A stretch of DNA of 64,000 bases, from the sequence record MK308675.1. One strand, written 5' to 3'. Positions within the stretch are counted from its first letter, which is position 1; each line of letters starts with the position of its first letter. Both the position numbers and the translations under genes were made by a program. Positions 48,842 through 58,200 of the stretch are shown piece by piece. The notes under the pieces were generated by a model. It worked only from the letters and a program-made list of their open reading frames with translations. It made no database searches and was not told where the DNA came from.

Positions 48842-49261
48842 ATGCGTTCATTTTCTAAGAAATTTGGACGCGGCCCTGCCTCTCAAATCAGTAAAGGCAC
48901 CAAGAGCGCGGGTTTCCGCGCCGATGGTGCGCTCCTGGTCACAGGCAGTGTCGTAAACACCCCTATCACTTTGCCCTATGCTGCAAACGTGGAGCTATCC
49001 TTAGCAGATAGCGATACGCAGCATCTAGAACTAGCTGGCGATGTGCATATTACTGCGCCGGAGCTAAGAGTAGGTGGGTCCTGGAAAATCTATATAAGGC
49101 AAGATGCGACAGGCGGACACGATGTAACCTTCGGGGCTAACCTAAAGAACATCTATGGTACACCGGTGTTGTCTGCCGCAAACGCGACGACGTTAATGAC
49201 CCTAATCGGTCGAGGGGATGGTAATTTTGATTACACCCTAACGGCCGTTGCCACGATTTAA
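48842..49261 (+). CDS. small tail fibre anchor/adaptor protein
   Basis: GGSWKIYIRQDATGGHDVTF motif seen in phage fibre N-terminal domains. Confidence 0.6.
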   Translation: MRSFSKKFGRGPASQISKGTKSAGFRADGALLVTGSVVNTPITLPYAANVELSLADSDTQHLELAGDVHITAPELRVGGSWKIYIRQDATGGHDVTFGANLKNIYGTPVLSAANATTLMTLIGRGDGNFDYTLTAVATI

Positions 49262-49281
49262 ACTAAACAAACGAGGTTAAC

Positions 49282-52200
49282 ATGCTTCTACCAAACATTG
49301 ACGGTGGGGTTGTTAGTAAAGCAAGGGGCGATATCAATGTCGCCCCTCCTCTTTACGACCCGGAAGGCTCAATATTCCTAGATGGCCGCGACGGCGAAGG
49401 CGGCATGTTACAGTTCCGCCCGGAAACTCCATCGGACTCTACGAAATGGTGTTATTCTATCTGGATAAAGAATGGTGGGTTCAGCTACAGTGACCGGCAC
49501 TTCACGCTGCTTGGCGCTGTAAACCAGAACGGTATTCCGTCGGCACTTAACACTTCTCGGCTTGACGACAACATGGCATATATAGCCATCGACGATTCGA
49601 GCACCTTTAAGTTAAGTAATATTACGAATAACGCAACTATTGACACCTACACTCTCCCGATTAAATTTAAAGACTCGGCCGACTGGCAGCATTTGTTTGT
49701 TCGTTTTGACACCACTCGCGACATACTAGAACTGTTCGTCAATGGGGTTTTCGCAGGCGATGTCGTCGTGGCTAAAGATATCTTGAGGTTCGGCGATACT
49801 TCCCACTATCACTACATCGGAGCAGATTCGTATTCTCGTACTCGAGATGCCTATTTTACAGACCCAGCACTTATCTTCGGGGAGGGGCAGCTGGATGTTA
49901 ATGATTTTGGTTACACTGACGAACACGGCGTGTGGCGTCCGAAGGACCTAACGCAATCTTTACCGAAAAGTATTTGGAAAGGGAGCTCTTTTTACCTACA
50001 GCCGGGTAAAACGCCTAGGTTTACCGAAGAGGCCGAAGGCGGCATCGCGCATGGTCACAAATATCAACGTGGTTTCCAGAGATTCAGAGTCGGCTTTGAG
50101 CCAGACATGGTTATGGTTTTCTCTACCAAGTATGGTTTTGCCGAAGGCGCCGACTTTACCTTTAAAGAGTTGCCAGAACTCTCCATCAATGCATCAAACG
50201 AAGTGGGTGCCGTCGCGGACCCAAATGGGGTAAAATATTTCCACGATGGTTTTTCCATGGGAACTTCCGGGAACTTCCATAACGAGAACGGTTTCCCTTA
50301 CTCTTACTTGGCCTTTAAGAAAGGAGCTAAGTACGGCATCGACATCATTCATTATACGGGTGACGGCCAAGACAATCGCCGGGTCGCCCACGAGCTGGAA
50401 CAGCGCCCGCTTTCTACTTGGATTATTCCAGTCGACGTCAACGCCAACCGAACATATAACCATATCGAGTTAGGACCCAATCGCGTCATGACCCTTGAGG
50501 ATGGCGAGCTAACCGCAAGCACGGGCTACATACGTAACCTGACGGACAAAGAAGTTGTGGTCAGCAACTCAGCGAACGTCAATGCCAGCGGCGTACGCTA
50601 CGCAATGATTTGTTTTGGTAATAAACAGGGCGTTATGTCCGTGGAACATCTTGTTGGTCCCGGCAATAGTCTACATTCTGGGTCCACTGAGACGCCGATT
50701 GATTTCCACGGGCTGGTTGCATTTACTCGCCGGATGGCAGGTAGCGGTAATCGCGCACTAGACATTATTACCAACGACTCCGTGCGTTCTATTTCGAGCG
50801 CGTACGCGGTGGCCTATCCGAACAACAGTGCCAATAACCCCCAGTTCTTCAGCAGCAATCAGTTAAACTGGTTAACGACCGTCGCCGAAACAATCGGCTA
50901 TGCCGCTAGGGCAGATACGCGGTCAATCTTTAAGGCATGTAAGTCTGTAGTCAACGACGTTCAGTTAATCCCTCGTCGTATGTCGACGCATGATGCTTTG
51001 TCCGACGATAGTCCTTTCAGGAACTTAGGCGTCTGGAAAAACGCAGAGACGAATAGCACTTCGAGCTTCCACAGCGGCGGGCTTGGGGCGCACCTAGGCA
51101 ATGGCGCGACGGCACAGGCCAAATGGAGCAAGTCGATACGCGGACGCTGTTACTGGGAAGTCAACGTCGAGTCCTCAGGCAGCGGCTACTACTATTTGGT
51201 CGGCTTAACGGGCAACCCGGGCTACACTTCGGCTGCTTACATCGACTGGTCGTACTATGTCGTTTATTACGCTAATAATGGAACAATACTCAGTTCTCCT
51301 CCAGGCACTGGCGGTGAGCAATTAGGGACGACAACCGGCGGCGGTCATAGACATATTTACAGTATGTTGTGGGACCCGGAAATACGTACGCTTAAAATGT
51401 ATCGTGACGGAAGCCTTCTTTTCGAACAAGACATGAGTGCTTATGATTTACCGGACTCGATATATCCGTACATACGCCACGCCTCGGGAGCACAATCCAC
51501 AGTCTTCGCGATGAACGACGGGCGCTTCCCGTTTTTGTATCCTGAGCTTGCCGATAATGCACCTTCTCTTATGGAGGATGGCCTTAAGCCAATCGCGGAC
51601 ATAAAGAACAGCCAGGTAGCTTTTAAGCCGGTTGCGTACAAAGCGGGCGATAACTCGGGCCATCTGTTCTCTTATACTGGACAGCCGGCATCCACGACAT
51701 GTAACATGTTCGAGGCAGACGGTAAACTGTATCTCTATAAGGCCAACTTCGGTGATGGTTCGACGCACCACGTCAACGATGAGCTAATTCGCATTAATGA
51801 GGACGGCTCTTTCGAAGTAGTGCTGGAAGGGCAGTACGGCAGCGCCACCTATGACACTCGCCATTTCGAGTCCAACGGCAGACATTTCCTCATTGTCTGC
51901 GACTACAATAAGGGGGCCTGGGGGAGCGCTAACACAGGTATCGGCATAATCACTTACGAGTTTCATCCTAAGACAGAAACGCTAACGACTATCTCGGTTT
52001 TACCTAACGGTGGCGTGAACAGGCTATCGCTTTACGAGTTTAACGGTGAACTGTTCTTAGCTCGTTGTGTGTGGGGCACCTCGTATGAAAACATCCGCAT
52101 TTACAAATGGCAGCCGGACCACTTAACCTGGAAGGAAGGAGGCTACGAGGCTCTTACAAATGCCACCGCGGCACAGTTCTGGGAACGTGACGGAACACTC

Positions 52201-53649
52201 TATCTGTCTTGTGCTGCTTTGATGACGGCGGGCCGTAAGAGTGCGACGTATCGAGTCGACCCGGAAACAGGGAACCTTGCTCTCGTGTTCGCAGGGCCTA
52301 ACGTAAACCAAGCGCGCTCTTTGGCAGTCAATACGGCTAAAGACGGTAACACCTACATGTTGATGTCATACACGGGAACGAGCAACAAGCTCTTCAAGTG
52401 GGACCCTGTTAACGAGGACTGGATTGAGGATGTCGCGCCTGGGTCCTGGGCAAACTGCTACGGAATGAGCACCTTCAAAGAAGGAGAAGAGGTTTACTTC
52501 GCAATGGCGAATGCGGAATATACTTCCTCAAACGTACTGCATCACTTTGACCCGGTTACGAAGGGGCTGACTCCTATCGTTACGGCGGCTTCACAAAACG
52601 CACACGATGCTCAAAGCATTAAGTATCGCGGCGTGTGGTATACGGCATTCGCGAACCACCGCACGTCGAGCAGCTATGCCCAAGGCTACATCACTGTGGT
52701 GACCTCTAAAGTTGACCCCGACACAGGAATATTGAAAGCAGGTCGCTTCATTGAGATGCCTAAGGGCGCTGACTTAATGTGGGTTAAGGACAGAACCACA
52801 CCGGGCATTGCTCATCGTTTGTACAGTCCTAAGATGGTAGATAAGGAACTCTATCCGGGCCTAAACCTACCTGCTGGAAATTCGGCCACCGTAGACTGGC
52901 ACGATGACGGCGTGTTGTTACAAGGCGGTTATACCGGACACAATACCGGCAACATTAACCACGTGGCATACTTCTGGAAAACTGGCCCTGAGTACGGCAT
53001 TGATTTCTCTTTGCAAACCTCGGGGCCGGATGGAACAACCGCGGTGACACACGAACACAATTGCGGCGACATCCCGGAAGTTTTGATGATAAAAGGACTA
53101 ACGAATAACTCATCGTGGCATGTCAGGTTTGAGGATTTTGCGGATACCGATACCTTGCTCTTGGACACGAACACCGTAAGGTATACGTTGCCTGGCGCTA
53201 AGTATTGGGATAAGGCAAACTTCAATGAGAAGTCCGTATCGCTGTTCGCAGCGAATGCAATTGGTGTCAACCAAGGATTCGCAATGTTGGCTATTCGTTC
53301 CGTCCCGGGCTATTCAAAAACCGGTTTTTATTGGGGCAATGGCAACGCGTCGGGTATCGATTTTAACCTTGGATTTAAACCAGCATGGATGTTGGTCAAG
53401 ATTGAAAACGTCGTCGGTAACGATTGGGTAATCTTCGATTCGTCGCGTTCACCGTTTAACAAGGACGGGATGGCGAGATTGCGAGTTAACGGTACTCAGG
53501 TTGAGGACGCAGCGGAAAATAACGACATCTTCTTTACGTCAACTGGCTTTAAGTGTGACGGTACGGGAAGTTCCATGAACCGACTGAATGCTAAGTACAC
53601 ATTCATCGCGTTTGCGGAAAACCCGTTCGAACACACCAACGCTCGATAA
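49282..53649 (+). CDS. large tail fibre / receptor-binding protein: LamG, beta-rich repeat, SPRY, 7 EAR/EPTP-like repeats, beta-rich repeat
   Basis: LamG CYSIWIK..WQHLFVRFD..LFVNG; SPRY GRCYWEV..LWDPEIRTLKMYRDG; 7 repeats at about 51670-52700; C-terminus YTFIAFAENPF. Confidence 0.75.
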   Translation: MLLPNIDGGVVSKARGDINVAPPLYDPEGSIFLDGRDGEGGMLQFRPETPSDSTKWCYSIWIKNGGFSYSDRHFTLLGAVNQNGIPSALNTSRLDDNMAYIAIDDSSTFKLSNITNNATIDTYTLPIKFKDSADWQHLFVRFDTTRDILELFVNGVFAGDVVVAKDILRFGDTSHYHYIGADSYSRTRDAYFTDPALIFGEGQLDVNDFGYTDEHGVWRPKDLTQSLPKSIWKGSSFYLQPGKTPRFTEEAEGGIAHGHKYQRGFQRFRVGFEPDMVMVFSTKYGFAEGADFTFKELPELSINASNEVGAVADPNGVKYFHDGFSMGTSGNFHNENGFPYSYLAFKKGAKYGIDIIHYTGDGQDNRRVAHELEQRPLSTWIIPVDVNANRTYNHIELGPNRVMTLEDGELTASTGYIRNLTDKEVVVSNSANVNASGVRYAMICFGNKQGVMSVEHLVGPGNSLHSGSTETPIDFHGLVAFTRRMAGSGNRALDIITNDSVRSISSAYAVAYPNNSANNPQFFSSNQLNWLTTVAETIGYAARADTRSIFKACKSVVNDVQLIPRRMSTHDALSDDSPFRNLGVWKNAETNSTSSFHSGGLGAHLGNGATAQAKWSKSIRGRCYWEVNVESSGSGYYYLVGLTGNPGYTSAAYIDWSYYVVYYANNGTILSSPPGTGGEQLGTTTGGGHRHIYSMLWDPEIRTLKMYRDGSLLFEQDMSAYDLPDSIYPYIRHASGAQSTVFAMNDGRFPFLYPELADNAPSLMEDGLKPIADIKNSQVAFKPVAYKAGDNSGHLFSYTGQPASTTCNMFEADGKLYLYKANFGDGSTHHVNDELIRINEDGSFEVVLEGQYGSATYDTRHFESNGRHFLIVCDYNKGAWGSANTGIGIITYEFHPKTETLTTISVLPNGGVNRLSLYEFNGELFLARCVWGTSYENIRIYKWQPDHLTWKEGGYEALTNATAAQFWERDGTLYLSCAALMTAGRKSATYRVDPETGNLALVFAGPNVNQARSLAVNTAKDGNTYMLMSYTGTSNKLFKWDPVNEDWIEDVAPGSWANCYGMSTFKEGEEVYFAMANAEYTSSNVLHHFDPVTKGLTPIVTAASQNAHDAQSIKYRGVWYTAFANHRTSSSYAQGYITVVTSKVDPDTGILKAGRFIEMPKGADLMWVKDRTTPGIAHRLYSPKMVDKELYPGLNLPAGNSATVDWHDDGVLLQGGYTGHNTGNINHVAYFWKTGPEYGIDFSLQTSGPDGTTAVTHEHNCGDIPEVLMIKGLTNNSSWHVRFEDFADTDTLLLDTNTVRYTLPGAKYWDKANFNEKSVSLFAANAIGVNQGFAMLAIRSVPGYSKTGFYWGNGNASGIDFNLGFKPAWMLVKIENVVGNDWVIFDSSRSPFNKDGMARLRVNGTQVEDAAENNDIFFTSTGFKCDGTGSSMNRLNAKYTFIAFAENPFEHTNAR

Positions 53650-53661
53650 GTAAAAAGAATA

Positions 53662-53689
53662 CCTCCCTAGTCTCTCGGGACTAGGGAGG
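53662..53689 (+). terminator. intrinsic terminator closing the fibre cassette
   Basis: CCTCCCTAGTC-TCTCGG-GACTAGGGAGG then TCTTTATTTTT. Confidence 0.8.
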
Positions 53690-53754
53690 GTCTTTATTTT
53701 TTAACAAATCAAATAGTGCTATACACTTATTTCTTCTGGCCGGAGAACTATTAA

Positions 53755-54744
53755 ATGTCAATCCAAACGCTATACAAATACCAGTTCGACAAGTACGGAA
53801 ATAACTCCGCTAACTTGATTCCAAATGAACCGGTGAAGTTCGATACTCCGCGTATCGTTCCTTTCGTACTGAGAGAAGGTAACTTCTATCAGAAAGACTT
53901 AACTATCCGAGATAAAGCAGACAACAGTTTATTGGTCTTAGGTACCGACTATAACCTAGTTGGCCTAGATGCTGACCTTACAGCAGAGACAGGCTTAACT
54001 GTAGCAGGCGGTATCGAGTTAGCCGATAAAACATTCATCGGTGAATTGGAAGTTACCTATCGCTGCGTAGGTGGACCGCAAGGCGAATCGCGCGCTCTTT
54101 ATCTGGAACTAATCGAAGCAATCACAAACGCAGGAACTAACCCTAGTGTTCTTTGGGAATCCATCATTGGTCGCCCTCAGCGCTTCCCGCCTGAAATCCA
54201 CTCACACTTACTGAGCGAACTGACTGAACTTGAGAAACTCTATCAGTCAATGCAGGACATGACTAATGCAATCGTCAACTCTAAGCCGATGTATGGTTCC
54301 AACCAAAACATCTTAGAACAGATTGAAGGCATCATTCAAATCCAGGCAGCGATGCAGTTAGCACTTAACCGTGTGGCTACAGGCGTAGGCTCAGTCGCGT
54401 TAATTAACCAAGTGCGTGATAATCTCGCTAACGTTCATAAGCAGTTCGATAAGACGACCAACACCGTTGGCGTTACTTGGGCAGACGTAGCAGTTATCCC
54501 TGAAGCGGACTTCAACAACGCACGCGGCGTCATCTCTATTGTTGATGCAACCGACTCCATGCAGATGGATTTCGATATTTCGTGGACTACCGCGAAAGAC
54601 CCGTCTTACACACACTATGGCCATATCGGCACAGATGAACTCATCAACGCGATGCAAGTCATTAAACAGTCAGGTAACGTTGTAGTTCAAATTCGAACCA
54701 CTAAAGACGCAACCGTCAAGACTAAATTTACTCACCTGCTTTAA
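53755..54744 (+). CDS. baseplate/tail-fibre attachment protein, paralog 3
   Basis: N-terminus YQFDKYGNNSANLIPNE...GNFY; WESIIGRPQRFPPEIHSH motif. Confidence 0.7.
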   Translation: MSIQTLYKYQFDKYGNNSANLIPNEPVKFDTPRIVPFVLREGNFYQKDLTIRDKADNSLLVLGTDYNLVGLDADLTAETGLTVAGGIELADKTFIGELEVTYRCVGGPQGESRALYLELIEAITNAGTNPSVLWESIIGRPQRFPPEIHSHLLSELTELEKLYQSMQDMTNAIVNSKPMYGSNQNILEQIEGIIQIQAAMQLALNRVATGVGSVALINQVRDNLANVHKQFDKTTNTVGVTWADVAVIPEADFNNARGVISIVDATDSMQMDFDISWTTAKDPSYTHYGHIGTDELINAMQVIKQSGNVVVQIRTTKDATVKTKFTHLL

Positions 54745-54753
54745 GGAGCACCC

Positions 54754-55200
54754 ATGAAGATTACTTTTCATTTCTTCGATAACCGCGCAATCGGTTCGCT
54801 ACTTATCAAAGCACGCCTTTCCGAGCATTTCTCTCATGTGGGAATGGAGTTTGAGAACGGCGCGTTTATTCACAGCACTATGCTGCACGGCACCGTCATG
54901 CAGAAACTTAGCGACCAGCCAACTGAGCCTCTTGCGTCGGTAACTATCGATGTAGACGAAGAAGCGTACATGGAAGCGTACGAATGGGCAGTTCATCAAG
55001 TGGGTGGCAAATACGACTACAAGGGAATCATTGGTTTCATGTTCGCTAAGAAATGGAACGATGAGAATGCGTTCTTCTGTTCTGAGCTAGGACGTAAAGT
55101 ATTTGAAATCGCGACAGGGAAAATCCTGAAGTATTATAATTTGGTTACGCCCGGCGAATTACGCATGCTTGTAGCTATGCACAATCTAGACGGCAAGTAA
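54754..55200 (+). CDS. permuted papain-like amidase (YaeF/YiiX-type permuted NlpC/P60)
   Basis: SHVG (His) before G.KYD and FCSEL (Cys) motifs in permuted order. Confidence 0.8.
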   Translation: MKITFHFFDNRAIGSLLIKARLSEHFSHVGMEFENGAFIHSTMLHGTVMQKLSDQPTEPLASVTIDVDEEAYMEAYEWAVHQVGGKYDYKGIIGFMFAKKWNDENAFFCSELGRKVFEIATGKILKYYNLVTPGELRMLVAMHNLDGK

Positions 55201-55216
55201 CTTAAGGGAAAAGACT

Positions 55217-58200
55217 ATGAGTAGCAAATTAATCTTTACCATGCAATATTTCCGCGGGGAGAAAAAGCGCGAATATCTCGCTGACCCTGAAACCGGACTT
55301 ATTCCTGGTACTGGTGAAACGGGCGGAGGTCTAGAAGAATACGACCGCGCCAAAGCATGGGATAAAGACGACGTCGTTATTCGCGACGGCGCTATCTTCC
55401 AAGCGAACGAAGACATTCCTGCGGGCTCTTCTTTCATTGAAGGCCTTACTGGCCCGACTTGGCTTAAGTTAGGCGCAGAAGCGGTAGCGACACTTCCCGA
55501 CTACGCTGTAGGCATTCGTTATCTTAAAGACCAAGCGATTGCCCGTGGTCGAGTTATCTACCGTGCGAAGAATGACTTTACTTCTGCCGCGTGGAATCCA
55601 GCACAATGGGAAACGGTCTTCTCTGAAGACGCAGTTCGCGATAAGGTAGCGGACTTCAGTACTGCACAGTCTTACGTAACGCATGAATTAGTTGCCTACA
55701 ACGGTGACATCTATGCGGCAAACGAAGATATGGCGGCAGGGGCCTTTGACGCATCTAAATGGCAGAATCTAACTACGCCTAACGTAACATACGTCGATGA
55801 CTATGCCCCGGGCACAGTCTATACCAAAGACGCTGTAGTTATGCGCAATGGTCAATTGTTCCGTGCAACGCAACAAACTGCGACAGCATGGGATGAAGGC
55901 GATTGGCAAGCGGTTTCTTCAGTTTCTACTGTTCGTGGTTACTGGGACCTTAATGCAACCTATAAAGCAAACGAAATAGTTATCGCTAATGACCGCTTCT
56001 ATCGTGCTAACGGCGATATCGGTTCAGGCACTACGTTCACTGTAGGTACTGGTACTGAAGAATGGACTGAGGTGTCGGGCCCTGTTACTCCGCCTATCAC
56101 GGCAGATGACTTTAAAGCTTCTACGCTTTATGCTAAGAATCAGGTTATTGTAGTTAACGGCATCCTTTATCGGGCTAAGGCAGAGTTCACTTCACTCTCT
56201 GCATTTAGCATCGCGGATTGGGACCCTGTCTCTTATGACCCAGAAACGGCCGTAGACGCATGGCAAGCTAATACTGACTATAAAGCAGGGCAGTTAGCCA
56301 CGTTAGTTGTAAATGGTCGTAACACGCTTTACAGAGCGCGTGCGGACATCACAGGCGGAGCGAGTTTCGTAGCGGCCGAATGGGACGACCTAACTCAAAC
56401 GTCGACCTGGCGTGCTGAGTGGGATATCTCGAACATCTATGCTAAGGACGACGTTGTGTGGCGTGCAGGGCATCTGTACATTGCCAACGATGCGGTACCT
56501 ATCAACACTGCATGGGTAGAAGGCATCACCGGCGCTACGTGGGCTCGTTTGTTGGCCGAACCAGTATCTAAGATTTCTGTTTGGGCAGCAACAACTTCTT
56601 ATCAGAAAGATGAACTTCTAGCTTATGATGGCAACATCTATCGCGTGGAAGCCCCTTTCGTTTCTGGCGCGGCATTTACAAGCGGTGGCCTAGAACTGCT
56701 CACTGCCGGTAAGTATACTAAGATTCCTGCATTCCGTGGCTCTAACGCTTACGTCCAAGACGAGACGATTGCCGAAGGCGGAATCCTTTACCGCGCTAAA
56801 GCGGACTTTACGTCAGCTACAAACTTCAATGAAGCAGACTGGGAAGTTATCGCGGACATCGCGACAAACATCCTGTACGACTTCAGTATCACAGAAGACT
56901 ATGTAGAAAATGAAATCGTTTTCCACTTAGACTCCATCTGGCGTGCTAAAGGCGACCTTGCTCCTGGGGCTTGGGACGAGTCCGATTGGGAATTCGTTTC
57001 TGAATACTCAACCTTTAAAGGTCAGCACGTCCAGGCACGTGACTACAAGCAAGACGACGTGGTAATCCACAACAACCGATTATATCGAGCAAACTCGAAT
57101 ATTGCGGGCGGCACTGCTTTCTTGGCAGGTAGCGGAGGTAACCAATGGACTGAGGTTTCCCCTCCAGGAAATCCTTCTGCTCCGGACTGGGCAAGCTCAA
57201 CGGCATATGTTCAGCACAACTTGGTCATTCACGGTGGCGTCCTTTACCGCTGTAAGACAGACCATACTTCAGGAAGTAGCTTCCTCGCTTCTCAGTGGGA
57301 GACATTGAAAGCAGAAGCGGCTACCTTGGCTTCGACTTACCAGAATGGCCAAGAATATGTCCTTGACCAACTGATTGAATACAACGGCATTCTTTACCGC
57401 TGTATCGAAGCGATGCTAAGTTCACCTGTAACGTTCGAGCCAGACAAATGGCAAGGCGTATCGGTTTCTTATATCCGCATCTCTGCGCATAGTGCTTCAG
57501 CCGTTTATCGTGAAGGCGAATTGATTTGGCACGTGAATCGCTTGTATCGTGCTAAGGCAGGCATTAACCCAGGTCGTGCTTTCTCGCTTAACGATTGGGC
57601 TATCTCTGAAGATACCAACTACGTGAGCGAATATGCGGAGAATGAAGACTACCGCCTAGGCCAACTTATCCGTTCAGGTGTTGACTTATATATCGCAAAC
57701 GAAGCTATTACCGGTGCTCCTGCTGTACTTGACGAAACTAAGTGGAACCGCGTAGGTTACCGCCCAACCGTTCAAGGCGCGCATGACGATACTCTTGCGT
57801 ATAAGCAAGGGGACATTGTTCTTAAGGAAGGTACTTGGTACGAAGCTAACGCGGACATCGCGGCTAACGTGGCCCTGTCTGAAGGTACTACTGGCGCCAC
57901 ATGGAAACGTGTAACCGACAGCATGACCATCAAGGCACATGCGGCAGACGCAATCTTCTTCCCTGGTCAGCTCTGTCTACATGAAGAGCGCGTTTACACA
58001 GCGAAGGAATTCCTAACGGTAGACAGCTCTAATACGTTCCAGTCTATCAAGTGGGAGAAGCTAGGTTCGTTTGTTACTCTAGCGGAAGACTACCAAGACA
58101 ACATCGAATACAAGAAAGACCAAATCATCTTCCATCTGAGCGTTCTTTACCGCCGCATTGCGACGGGCACCGATACGACTTGGACGGCAGCAAATTGGCA

